From Alphaproteobacteria bacterium (GTDB taxonomy: Bacteria > Pseudomonadota > Alphaproteobacteria > GCA-2731375): 64,000 nucleotides of DNA. Under the pieces are notes generated by a model. The model made no database searches, had not been told where the DNA came from, and worked only from the letters and a program-made list of their open reading frames with translations. The position numbers and the translations under genes are program-made. The DNA lies in the NCBI GenBank assembly GCA_965225945.1, contig CBDDBZ010000038.1:256001-320000 (forward strand), read 5' to 3'. This document shows, one piece after another, positions 9,594-19,497 of the stretch. Within the stretch, counting starts at the first letter, position 1, and each line of letters opens with the position of its first letter.

Positions 9594-10547
9594 ATGATCA
9601 TCGCCGCCGACAACATCGACAGGCTTCTGGCCGTCGAGATGCGCCGTCAAGGCATCCCGCGCGGCTTCAAGTGGCGCATCTTCGAGATCGCCCGGCGATG
9701 GCAGGGCGAGCCGCTGTGCCTGGCCGCGGCCCGGCCACTGATCGGCACGCCGATGCGCGTTGCCCTCGTCACCGGCGCCTGGGTGCCGGAGCATATGCCG
9801 GTCGGGGAAAGCGACGGGCCCTACGGGAGCGTGATACTGGCCCGAGCCCTAGCACGGATCGGCCATGCTGTGACGATTTACACCGACCGCGAGACCGCGC
9901 CGCCGATCAATTTCCTGGCCGACTACCTTGGCGGGGAGGCCACGGTCGAGGCGGTCGGACGCGACGACGACGGCGCCAATTCGCGAATCGCCGAGGAAAA
10001 CGACGCCTTCATCGCCGTCGAGCGCCTGGGCCGGAACGTCAACGGCATTCTGTACAGCATGAACGCCTTTCCACTCTCCGAGCATCAGCATGCCTTCGAC
10101 GACTGCGTTGATATGATGCGGGCCGCCGGCAAACCGGCCATTTCGATCACCGACGGTGGCAACGAGATCGGCTACGGCGTCATACGTGACGCCCTGATCG
10201 AAGCCCTGCCGGACCTCAATCTCGCCGATAAGACGGCGTGCGGCGGCGGAATCGTCTCGGCTACTGAATGCGATGTGCTAGTCGTCGCGAACTCCTCCAA
10301 CCTCGGCGCCTACGGCGTCGTTGCCGGACTGGCGCTTCTGACAGGAGATGCAACGCTATGCCATGAGCCAGCGGAGGAACTGGCGCTGCATCACGTCGGT
10401 GTCGGTCTGGGACTGATCGACGGCGGCGGGGGTGGCGCGGTCGCTGCTTGCGACGGTATACCCGCCGAGGCCAGCGCCGCCGTCGTGCACCTCGTCCAGA
10501 ACATCGTCGAGCGAGCCCTCGAGGCGCCGCGCGAGCGCCCCTTCTGA
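9594..10547 (+). CDS. D-glutamate cyclase C-terminal domain-like protein (DUF4392)
   Basis: GESDGPYG, AVERLGRN, DGGNEIG and SSNLGAY motifs. Confidence 0.75.
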   Translation: MIIAADNIDRLLAVEMRRQGIPRGFKWRIFEIARRWQGEPLCLAAARPLIGTPMRVALVTGAWVPEHMPVGESDGPYGSVILARALARIGHAVTIYTDRETAPPINFLADYLGGEATVEAVGRDDDGANSRIAEENDAFIAVERLGRNVNGILYSMNAFPLSEHQHAFDDCVDMMRAAGKPAISITDGGNEIGYGVIRDALIEALPDLNLADKTACGGGIVSATECDVLVVANSSNLGAYGVVAGLALLTGDATLCHEPAEELALHHVGVGLGLIDGGGGGAVAACDGIPAEASAAVVHLVQNIVERALEAPRERPF

Positions 10548-10704
10548 GCCCTATCCGACGTCGGCCTCGCACAGTGGAGCGCCGCCGCGACCTTCTCTCG
10601 GTGAGCGCCCGGCAACGCTTGAAGATCCATGCGCCTCGGCATTGGCCGATACAGAGCCGTGTCGGGGGACGATTGCCGAGAGTGGTTCGCGAACCGGGTC
10701 GGAT

Positions 10705-10772
10705 GAACTTCCGCAGCTGGGGGTATATTCCCCGTCGAGGCGACACGGCCGCTTAGGCGATTGGTAGCCAGC
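10705..10772. repeat. Dispersed repeat, copy C (inverted relative to copy B)
   Basis: Reverse complement GGCTACCAATCGCCTAAGCGGCCGTGTCG...TATACCCCCAGCTGCGGAAGT matches 2454-2518. Confidence 0.75.
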
Positions 10773-10935
10773 ATTTTCCGTTAGCGGAATCTAATTTCGG
10801 GAAGAGGAATGCGAGCGACAGTGCCTCATGACGCATCAAGGGCAACGGATTGAATTGACAGCCCCACCGAGGCTCTATAGCGTCCCTGATGATCGCGCCC
10901 GGGACCTCGACTCGATGACGCAGGGGGAGGAGAAC

Positions 10936-12066
10936 ATGAGAAAAAGCAGGCTTGGTCGCGCGTCGGCTGTCGCCGTCGCCGCCGCGTTCACGGTTGCAAC
11001 GCTGATGATTGGCGTGTCCACCGCCGCCAACGCCGAGTTGCAAAAGGTGATCATCCGCGTCTCGGTCGATCTGCCGCCGCCGCCTCATCCGACGGCCATC
11101 GCCATGGAATGGTTCAAGAAGCAGGTGGAAGCGCAATTCCCCAAGGGCAGCGAGGTGCGCAATTTCTACGCCGGCGCCCTTTACAAGGACCCGGACGCCT
11201 TGTCGGCGATGACCCAGGGCAACCTGGAGATGGGCTGGCTCGTCACGGGCAAGACCGCAGCCACCGACATCTGGCTGAGCATCATCGGCCAGCCCGGTGT
11301 CCTTACCACCGTGGCCGCCATTCATGATCTCCCGAACCAGCCCACAGGTAAGATGCTGCTCGATCGGCTGCGTGAGAAGCACGGCATCGTTCCCTTCGGA
11401 TTCGCCGACCTGAGCTTCGCCCTCGCTATGGCGGGCAAAGAGCGTCTGCTCACCGTGGACTCGTTCAAAGGCAAGAAGATCCGCACATTCGCCGCGGCAG
11501 TGAACCCGGTCGTGGCCTCCTGGGGTGCCTCGCCGGTGGTGATGTCGTTCGGCGACGTGCCCAGCGCCCTCGAGTCCGGAGTTCTCGATGGCATAATCAC
11601 CTCCATCGGGGGCTGGCGCTCCATCACCGAGCAAACCCCCTACTATACCATTGCAGGCATCTCCACGGTCACGTTCGACAACTACTGGGTCGGCGCGAGC
11701 GCACAATGGTTCAACAACCTGAACCAGGATACGCAGGCCAAAATCAGGGAGCTCACCACCCAGGCCATCAGCTACCAGAACGAACTGAACTGGTGCAACG
11801 ACGAGTTCGCCATCCGAGAGTTCAAGGCGAAGACCCCGTCCGAGCCCGGAATCTACGTGGCCACAGCCGCGGAAGCGAAGCCGTTGCAGCAGGCTATCGG
11901 CAACAACGTGGCCAATTATCTCAAGGAAAAGCTGCCACAAGAGGCGCATGCCTGGGTCGACCGGTACCTGGAGGAAGGACGGGCTGCGTCCGCTCGCCTC
12001 GGCCCCGGCAGCGACCCGGTAGAGAGTCTGGACTGCGCCAAGCACGAGCCAGTCCTGAAGAGATAG
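10936..12066 (+). CDS. TRAP transporter substrate-binding protein (DctP family)
   Basis: RBS GGAGGAG, signal peptide, FKGKKIR and ALESGVLDG. Confidence 0.88.
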   Translation: MRKSRLGRASAVAVAAAFTVATLMIGVSTAANAELQKVIIRVSVDLPPPPHPTAIAMEWFKKQVEAQFPKGSEVRNFYAGALYKDPDALSAMTQGNLEMGWLVTGKTAATDIWLSIIGQPGVLTTVAAIHDLPNQPTGKMLLDRLREKHGIVPFGFADLSFALAMAGKERLLTVDSFKGKKIRTFAAAVNPVVASWGASPVVMSFGDVPSALESGVLDGIITSIGGWRSITEQTPYYTIAGISTVTFDNYWVGASAQWFNNLNQDTQAKIRELTTQAISYQNELNWCNDEFAIREFKAKTPSEPGIYVATAAEAKPLQQAIGNNVANYLKEKLPQEAHAWVDRYLEEGRAASARLGPGSDPVESLDCAKHEPVLKR

Positions 12067-12082
12067 CGCGGGATCCCCGACA

Positions 12083-12688
12083 GTGGAAATGGAGGGCCAA
12101 CCCGACCCTCCCCGACCGGACGCCATGAGCAAACTGTTCTGGGCGTGGCGCACGTTTCAGGAGTCGTTCCTGCAGTACGTCGCGGCGCTGCTGCTACTCG
12201 GTCTGACACTCCTCGCGGTGCTGGAAGTGATACGCCGCTACGTCTTCGGCGTGTCCTTTGAATGGCAACAGGACGCAGTGACCTACGGAATCCTCTCCGG
12301 CGTGTTTCTGTTCTTTGCCATTACCCAAAGCCGCAAGGCCCACCTGCGCGTGACCGTTTTCCTCCTCCTGCTGCGTGAAAAGGGCGGGCGCCCGGGCTCC
12401 ATCATGGCCACCGTCCTGGAAATATTCGGTGCCGCGGTCGGCATCGCCTTCTGCGTCTGGTTGGTCTGGCACGGAATCGAAGCGATACAGCTGATGATCA
12501 GTCAGGGCCGCAGGACGGAGAGCCTGTTGTTCCCGCTCTGGCTGTTCTTCGCCGTCTTCCTGGCCGGCATGGCATTCCTCGCGGTGAGCTTCTTCTTCCA
12601 GCTCATTCACGAAATTCGGGTTCTGCGCGGCAAGGAACGGCCCGTGGACAGATACGAGGAGGAGGGAGCGGGCGGCTCGCTTCTCTAG
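12083..12688 (+). CDS. TRAP small permease (DctQ family)
   Basis: Four TM segments, EVIRRY and HLRV motifs; lies between DctP and DctM. Confidence 0.85.
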   Translation: MEMEGQPDPPRPDAMSKLFWAWRTFQESFLQYVAALLLLGLTLLAVLEVIRRYVFGVSFEWQQDAVTYGILSGVFLFFAITQSRKAHLRVTVFLLLLREKGGRPGSIMATVLEIFGAAVGIAFCVWLVWHGIEAIQLMISQGRRTESLLFPLWLFFAVFLAGMAFLAVSFFFQLIHEIRVLRGKERPVDRYEEEGAGGSLL

Positions 12689-12760
12689 CTCCATCAAGAC
12701 GCTCGGCACAACGCCTCGGTAAGTCTCCTAGCCCCCGTCCAGCCCACGAGAAATCACACG

Positions 12761-14050
12761 ATGGGTGCTCTCCTCGTCAGTATCCTGACGTTTCTCGGCT
12801 CGGGCGTCACCATCGGCATCGCCATGGGGGCGGCGAGCATGCTGTTCATCCACTTCGATCCGCTGCTAGACGCCCGCGTGCTCTCCCAGAGCTTCTTTGC
12901 CTTTCTCGGCAGCTACAGCCTGATGGCCGTGCCGCTGTTCATTTTCGCCGGCTTCCTGATGGAACGAACCGGGATGATCCGCCAGCTCTTCGAGTTCGCC
13001 GAAGCGCTGGTGAGCTGGGTCTTTGGCGGCTTCGGGCTCGCCACGGTCACCACCTGCGTGCTCTTCAGCGCGATCTCCGGCTCCAGCGTCGCGGTCGCTT
13101 CCGCCATGAGCATCATCGCCATCCCGGAGATGCGCTTGCGCAACTACCCGGACTGGCTGTCGGCGGGCATCGTCGCCTCGGGCGGGGGGATCGGCCTGCT
13201 CATTCCGCCGAGCCTCTCCCTGATCATCTACGGCATCGCGACCGAGACCTCCATCGTGCGCCTGTTCATGGCCGGCGTCGTGCCCGGGCTTATGCTGGCC
13301 ACCGGGATGTACGTGGTGATCATCATCGCCGCGTGGCGCATCCCGGGCCTGGACCGCGGCGAGTTCCGGCTGAAGCCCCTGCTGACGAGCACCTGGGGCG
13401 CGCTGCCCGGTCTCGGTATGCCCGTGCTGGTGCTGGGTGGCCTTTACGGTGGGCTGTTCACGCCTACGGAGGCGGCGGCGGCGGCCTGCGGGTATGCGCT
13501 TGTCTACGGCCTCATCAGCGGGCGTGGACGGTTCCTGCGCGAGCTGTTGCCGGTTGCCGCCCGCGCCATGAATCTCTCGGCCGTGGTCTTCTTTCTGGTC
13601 GGCAGCGTGGGCATATTCCAGTTCGTCGCCGCCAATCAGGCTTGGCCCCAGCAGCTGGCGCAGATGGTCATCGACATGCATCTGGCGCCCCTGCCGTTCC
13701 TCTTTGGCTACCTGGGCCTGCTGCTGATGCTCGGCACCTTTCTGGACGGCATCGCCATGATCCTGTTGACCGTGCCGGTGGTCTTTCCGGTGGCCCGCGC
13801 ACTCGGCATCGATCCGATCCACCTCGGCATCATCGTGACCATGGGCGTGGAGCTCAGCGTCATCACCCCGCCGGTCGGCTTCAACCTCTATGCGGTGAGC
13901 GGCATTGCCCGGATCCCCATCCAGACGGTGCTTCGCGGAGCCATGATTTTCTTTCTGTCCGATCTCGCCGTGACCCTCATCATCGTCCTTGTGCCGGAGT
14001 TCTCCACATGGCTCCCCAAGACGCTGAGCGCCCCATCTCCGTTCGAGTAG
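12761..14050 (+). CDS. TRAP large permease (DctM family)
   Basis: AVPLFI, AISGSSVA, LIPPS, FTPTEAA and ITPPVGFNL. Confidence 0.92.
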   Translation: MGALLVSILTFLGSGVTIGIAMGAASMLFIHFDPLLDARVLSQSFFAFLGSYSLMAVPLFIFAGFLMERTGMIRQLFEFAEALVSWVFGGFGLATVTTCVLFSAISGSSVAVASAMSIIAIPEMRLRNYPDWLSAGIVASGGGIGLLIPPSLSLIIYGIATETSIVRLFMAGVVPGLMLATGMYVVIIIAAWRIPGLDRGEFRLKPLLTSTWGALPGLGMPVLVLGGLYGGLFTPTEAAAAACGYALVYGLISGRGRFLRELLPVAARAMNLSAVVFFLVGSVGIFQFVAANQAWPQQLAQMVIDMHLAPLPFLFGYLGLLLMLGTFLDGIAMILLTVPVVFPVARALGIDPIHLGIIVTMGVELSVITPPVGFNLYAVSGIARIPIQTVLRGAMIFFLSDLAVTLIIVLVPEFSTWLPKTLSAPSPFE

Positions 14051-14190
14051 ACGACCACGACACCGATCTCCTTCAGGTCGTCCTCGCCAAGGTAAGGCAA
14101 TGCATCGAGATCGATCTCGTTCTCGGTGAACACGTCCACGTATTTACCGAGGCCTAGATCGTCCAACCAGTTGGCGATGTCGTGCGCCAT
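14051..14190 (-). pseudogene. N-terminal SAM-domain fragment, typical of SAM-adenylate cyclase proteins
   Basis: MAHDIANWLDDLGLGKYVDVFTENEIDLDALPYLGEDDLKEIGV, truncated at the dctM stop. Confidence 0.75.
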
Positions 14191-14435
14191 TCCTGCCTCA
14201 ATGAGACCTGGTCTAAATGGAAGCTTAGGTGCATTTTGGCCCGCGTAATCCATTGGCACAGGCCGGGTCGCCGAATGTCTCTTGTGGGTCAAGGCACTAA
14301 ATCGCTACGCGATATTTCGTGGGTGAGGGGTCATGGCGCGCCCAGCCACCGCCGTGGATTTCATCGATAACACTTCGAGCGCTCGTTCCTGATCATTGAG
14401 GTCTCGTCGACCTCAACTCAGGAAGGAGCATCTCC

Positions 14436-15347
14436 ATGACGACGACGATGACCCCATTGCGCCAGCGCATGATCGAGGACATGAACGCCCGCAAGCTGGT
14501 GGCGGGCACGCAGAAGGGCCACCTCCGCGGCTGCGAGCGCTTTGCCGTGTTTCTGGATGGCTCGCCCGATACCGCCGTGGCCGAGGACGTCCGCCGCTTC
14601 CAAGTTCATCTGGCGGAGAGCGGGATGAGCATCTGCAACCGCAACCGGACCATGACCGGGCTCCGTTTTCTGTTCCGCGTGACCTTGCGACGGCTCGATC
14701 TCGCGGCGGAGATCTTCCACATCCGCGAGCCGCAAAGGCTGCCGAAGGTGATGAGCCAGGACGAGGCCAAGCGTCTCCTGGTGATGGCCCGGAACCTGAA
14801 GACCCGCGCGCTGCTCTCGCTCGCCTATGGCTGTGGCATGCGAGCGGGCGAGGTGGTGCGCTTGCGCGTCGGCGACATCGACAGCGCCCAAGGCATCATC
14901 CGTATCGTCCAGGGCAAGGGCCGCAAGGACCGTAACGTGATGCTGTCGAAGGGACTGCTGGCGTTGCTCAGGCAATGGTGGCGGGCCCGCCCGACCCGCC
15001 ACGACGCGGGCGTGCCTGCGCAACAGCGCTGGCTCTTCCCCGGTCGCGAGGCGGGGCGGCACGCCACGACCCGGCAGTTCAGCCGGTTGTTCGAGGAGGC
15101 GGTGGCCGCCGCCGGGATCACCAAGCACGTGACGCCGCACTCGTTGCGGCATTCCTTCGCCACCCACTTGCTCGAGCGCGGCACCGACATTCGCTACATC
15201 CAAGCGCTTTTGGGCCACGACAAGCTCGACACCACGGCGCGTTACACGCGGGTCGCGACCGGCACCATCGCCGCCATCGAGAGCCCGCTGGATCTCTTGT
15301 CCAAGCCCGGTGGCAAGAAGCGGAAGAAGGCCAAGCCGTCGGGGTAG
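14436..15347 (+). CDS. Tyrosine recombinase with N-terminal SAM-like domain (IS91-associated type)
   Basis: GMRAGE, GKGRKDR, HSLRHSFATHLLE, LLGH and TTARY. Confidence 0.92.
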   Translation: MTTTMTPLRQRMIEDMNARKLVAGTQKGHLRGCERFAVFLDGSPDTAVAEDVRRFQVHLAESGMSICNRNRTMTGLRFLFRVTLRRLDLAAEIFHIREPQRLPKVMSQDEAKRLLVMARNLKTRALLSLAYGCGMRAGEVVRLRVGDIDSAQGIIRIVQGKGRKDRNVMLSKGLLALLRQWWRARPTRHDAGVPAQQRWLFPGREAGRHATTRQFSRLFEEAVAAAGITKHVTPHSLRHSFATHLLERGTDIRYIQALLGHDKLDTTARYTRVATGTIAAIESPLDLLSKPGGKKRKKAKPSG

Positions 15348-15723
15348 CGCCGCCGGGTCGTGACAGCCCATGGGTTGGAGGTCGCGGAAATCTTCCGCGA
15401 CTTCGGCCCCGCCTGGCGTCGGGCCAATGCCGGCCACGTGAGCTTGCAACAGCTGAAGGTCATGAGCGCCATCGAGCGCTGCCGCACGGCCGCGCTCGGC
15501 GGGCACGTCTTGGCCTGCGATGTCAATCGGCGTTGAACATTGACCCCCTATCGGCGTGCAATGTTGACCCCTTTGGGGATGCACGGCGGAGGTCGTACAG
15601 GTAGTCCATAGGAGGGGCCCGCGCGCGGGCCGACGCGCCCACCACGCGGCTGGCGGCGGACCGCGCGTGGGAGGTTCCTGTGGGCCCACCTGGGTGACCG
15701 GGCGGCAGGTGGATCGGTTGCCT

Positions 15724-16452
15724 TTAGGACCGATTCTTGAAGCGCCAGGAGTCGTTTCCGGTCTCGATGATCTCGCAGTGGTGCGTCAGACGATCGAGGA
15801 GCGCGGTGGTCATCTTGGCGTCGCCGAAGACGGACGGCCATTCGCCGAAGGTCAGGTTGGTGGTGACGATGATCGAGGTGCGCTCGTAGAGCCGGCTGAC
15901 GAGGTGGAACAGCAGCTGGCCTCCGGTTTGGGCGAAGGGCAGGTAGCCGAGCTCGTCGAGGATGACGAGGTCGCGCCGGGCCAGCTGATCGGCGAGCCGG
16001 CCCTGGCGGCCGGCGCGGGCTTCGGCCTCGAGCCGGTTGACCAGGTCGACGACGTTGAAGAAGCGGCCCCGGGCGCCATCGCGGATGCAGGCCCGCGCGA
16101 TGGCGACGGCGAGATGGCTCTTGCCGGTGCCGGTGCCGCCGATCAGCACGGCGTTGCGCTGGTTGGCCAGGAAGCCGCCGACCGCCAACTCGCGGACCAG
16201 CGGCTCGTTGACCGGGGTGTCGGTGAAGTCGAAGTCGGCCAGCTCCTTGGCCAGCGGCAGCTTGGCGCCACTCATCTGGTACTTGATGGATCGCGCCTGC
16301 TTGTCGGCGATCTCGGCCTTCAACAGCTCGCCGATGATTCGCTGCATCGGATGCTGGCGCTTGAGGCCGTCGGCGAGCACCTCGTCGAACGCGTCGCGCA
16401 TGCCGGCGAGCTTGAGTGCGGCCATCATCTCCAGGACCTCATGGCGCTCCAT
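15724..16452 (-). CDS. istB: IS21 helper ATPase
   Basis: Walker [18 protein letters not shown] and ALLDRLTHH. Confidence 0.95.
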   Translation of the reverse strand: MERHEVLEMMAALKLAGMRDAFDEVLADGLKRQHPMQRIIGELLKAEIADKQARSIKYQMSGAKLPLAKELADFDFTDTPVNEPLVRELAVGGFLANQRNAVLIGGTGTGKSHLAVAIARACIRDGARGRFFNVVDLVNRLEAEARAGRQGRLADQLARRDLVILDELGYLPFAQTGGQLLFHLVSRLYERTSIIVTTNLTFGEWPSVFGDAKMTTALLDRLTHHCEIIETGNDSWRFKNRS

Positions 16453-17950
16453 GGCCGACCCCCCTCAAGCGGTCGTAGCGGGTGCAATCGGCCACCGGCT
16501 CAAAGCGAAGACGCAGGTTCGCGGGCGTCGGGATCGGCGCCGTCTCGGACGGCTGGCGCCGACGATTGAGGATGTTGAGCACGACGTCGGCGCTGCACAC
16601 GCCGCCAGCGAGCGCCTCGGCACAGGCGGCCTCCACCGCCGCCAGCCCATCCGCCAGCACGGCGGTGAGGATCTCGACCATCTGCCTGTCGCCGTCGTCG
16701 TGGCCGGCGAGCCGGACGCGCACGCGACCCAGGGCGCCGGGCAGCGCCCAGTCCTTGAACGGCGCGCCGTTACGAAGCGCACCGGGCTTCCTCGCCAGCA
16801 CGGGCACGTAGTGCCACGGGTCATAGACGGTCTGGTCGCGGCCGAAGCGCCGGGCATGCTCGGCGACGATCTCGCCGTCCTGGCGGATGACGATGCGATC
16901 GGCGTAGGCATGGACCTCGACCGGACGGCCGACGGCGCGCGCCGCCACGCTGTACTTGTTGCTGTCGAAGCGCACCAGGCAGGTCTTCGACACCGACGCC
17001 GGGACCGCGTGGAAGCCGTCGAACGGCCCGCGATAGCCGACCAGGGACGGACGCTCGTCCTCGAACACCTGCCAGACAGTCCTGTCCTTGAACACCGGGT
17101 GGGGATGACGCCGGGCGTAGGCGACGCACTGGTCCAAGAGCCAGGCGTTGAGCTCGTCGTAGGTCTTGAAGCGCAGCCGCGGGGTGAAGAACCGACCGCG
17201 GATGATCCCGACCTGGTTCTCGACCTGCCCCTTCTCCCATCCCGCTCCCGGCGTGCATGCTGTCGGTTCGACCAGGTAGTGGCCACACATCTGCACGAAG
17301 CGCCGGTTGAACGCGCGCTCCTTGCCGATGAGGACGGTCTGCACCGCCGTCTTCATGTTGTCGTAGATGCCTCGCCGGCAGGCACCCTGGAACAGCCGGA
17401 ATGCCCGGTCGTGGGCGTCGAACACCATCTCCTGGCTCTCGCGCGGATAAGCGCGGACGAAGAACATTCGGCTGTGGCACAGCCGGACGTGCGCGACCTT
17501 GACCTTGGTCGTCACCCCCGCCAGCACCACGTACTCGTGGCTCCAGTCGAACTGATAGGCCTCGCCCGGCGAGAACACCAACGGCACATAGGTCTGCGCC
17601 GTCGATGCCGAACGGCGCCACCGCCACGCCTTGGCGTAGCGCCGCACCGCGTCGTAGCCGCCGCCATAGCCCAGACCCTCGAGGGCTTCGGAGATCCGTA
17701 GCAGCGTCAGCCGCTCCCGCTTCGACTTGGTCTCGTTGGCCTCCAGCATCCGCTCCAGCTCGGCCGTCCACGGCCCCAGCTTCGGCATCGGCTGGACCCG
17801 CCGGTCGTAGGTGAACGCCGTCGCCTGCGAACGGATCACCTTGCGCACCGTGTTGCGCGAGACCTTCACGTCCCGCACGATCTCCTTGATCGGCTTCCCC
17901 TTGACGAAATACTCCCGCCGGATCCGCGCTATCGTCTCCACGACCAACAT
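16439..17950 (-). CDS. istA: IS21 transposase
   Basis: N-terminal [16 protein letters not shown] and WEKGQVE. Confidence 0.95.
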   Translation of the reverse strand: MLVVETIARIRREYFVKGKPIKEIVRDVKVSRNTVRKVIRSQATAFTYDRRVQPMPKLGPWTAELERMLEANETKSKRERLTLLRISEALEGLGYGGGYDAVRRYAKAWRWRRSASTAQTYVPLVFSPGEAYQFDWSHEYVVLAGVTTKVKVAHVRLCHSRMFFVRAYPRESQEMVFDAHDRAFRLFQGACRRGIYDNMKTAVQTVLIGKERAFNRRFVQMCGHYLVEPTACTPGAGWEKGQVENQVGIIRGRFFTPRLRFKTYDELNAWLLDQCVAYARRHPHPVFKDRTVWQVFEDERPSLVGYRGPFDGFHAVPASVSKTCLVRFDSNKYSVAARAVGRPVEVHAYADRIVIRQDGEIVAEHARRFGRDQTVYDPWHYVPVLARKPGALRNGAPFKDWALPGALGRVRVRLAGHDDGDRQMVEILTAVLADGLAAVEAACAEALAGGVCSADVVLNILNRRRQPSETAPIPTPANLRLRFEPVADCTRYDRLRGVGHGAP

Positions 17951-19497
17951 CCCCCACCACCTCGTCCGCCCAAAAACGAGGTGACTTGGACTAGCCAGGC
18001 TCAGGGGGTCAAATTTGGACGCCGATCACCCCTCAACAGGGGTCAACTTTGCACGCCGTTCCACAGCCTGCGAGGACTGCGAGCACACCCAGATCGCCTA
18101 CAACTCGTGCCGCAACCGCCATTGCCCCAAGTGCCAGGGGGCGGCGGCCCGGGACTGGTTGGCCGAGCGCGAGGCCGAACTACTGCCCGTCCCCTACTAC
18201 CATCTCGTCTTCACCCTGCCGGCGGCGATCGCCGACATCGCGTACCAGAACAAGGCCGTCGTCTACGACATCCTGTTCAAGGCGAGCGCCGAGACCATGA
18301 TCACCATCGCCGCCGATCCAAAGCACCTCGGCGCCAAGATCGGCATCACCGCCGTGCTCCACACCTGGGGCTCGGCCATGACGCTTTACGGCGCCGTGCT
18401 CGGACCGATGGCGCACCGGCGCCTCACCACACATCCACATGATCGTGCCCGGCGGCGGGGTCTCTCCGGACGGCACGGAATGGATTGCCTGCCGGCCCGG
18501 CTTCTTCTTGCCCGTCCGCGTGCTCTCGCGCCTCTTCCGCCGGCTCTTCATCGAGAAGCTCGCCGCCGCCCACGAGACCGAACGTCTGAAGTTCTTCGCC
18601 GAGCACGCGGGCCTCGCCGAACCGGCGGCGTTCGGCACCTTCCTCGCGCCCATGCGCAAGAGTGAATGGGTCGTCTATGCCAAGCGCCCCTTCGGCGGGC
18701 CCGAGGCCGTGCTCGCCTACCTCGCCCGATACACCCACCGCGTCGCCATCTCCAACCGCCGCTTGCTCCGCCTCGACAACGGCGCCGTTACCTTCACCTA
18801 CAAGGACTACCGCCGCGACGGCGCCGAGCGCTACGGGACCATGACCCTCGATGTCGCGGAGTTCATCCGCCGCTTCCTCATGCACGTCCTGCCCAAGGGC
18901 TTCCACCGCATCCGACACTACGGCCTCTTTGCAAACGGCAACCGCGCCGCCAACATAAAACGCGCTCGCGAACTGCTCGGCGGACCACCGGCGCCCGACG
19001 CCAGCGAGGAAGAGGCCTCGGAGCCTCCCGAGGACCAACGCCAGGGCGCCCGACCGTGCCCCCGTTGTGGCGGTCCCATGATCGTCGTCGAGGTCTTCGA
19101 GGCCGGCTGTCAACCAAAGGCCCGTTCACCGCCGAAGGCCATCGATAGCTCATGACACCGACCCAAAACATCAGCCACCTTCCCCGCCGAGCCTCGGCGC
19201 TCGACTTCGCTCGCCCGGGACACCGAAAACGGCGGCATCGTTGGCCGCCCCGGCCCCGCTCGTGCCCCCCTCGGCAACGCTTCACCGCGCTCGACGATCT
19301 CCTTATGGCGCCTCACGCCCCATATGCGGGTCGTCCAGACGACACCACCATCGACGCCACGCTCAAATCCCCATAGCGACGCCTGTATCCCGCGATTTCG
19401 TGCCTTGGCGCTTCTCGGACGCCGGCAAACACCGCGCCTCACTCCCTATGCCGGCAAGGCATCCGAGAAACCTGCACATGATTCTCCGTCAAGCATC

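Larger units (their letters stand above)
15521..18065 (-). mobile_element. IS21-family element, copy 1 (2545 bp), 8-bp TSD GCCTGCGA
   Basis: TG...CA ends with reiterated TTGACCCC / GGGGTCAA sites; TSD at 15513-15520 and 18066-18073. Confidence 0.95.
15360..19155 (+). pseudogene. IS91-family transposase interrupted by IS21 and by a small frameshifting insert at ~18385-18425
   Basis: LEVAEIFR...ERCRTAALGGHVLAC|EDCEHTQIAYNSCRNRHCPKCQ, HUH (HIHMIVPGGG), YLARYTHR and FHRIRHYG. Confidence 0.88.
14292..19478 (+). mobile_element. Two-gene tyrosine recombinase + IS91-like (Y2 HUH) transposase element, inserted in the dispersed repeat and carrying a nested IS21
   Basis: Joining GGGTCA (14286-14291) to TGATTCTCCGT (19479-) recreates GGGTCATGATTCTCCGT, which is intact in copy A. 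CA is shared at both junctions; no TSD. Confidence 0.7.
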
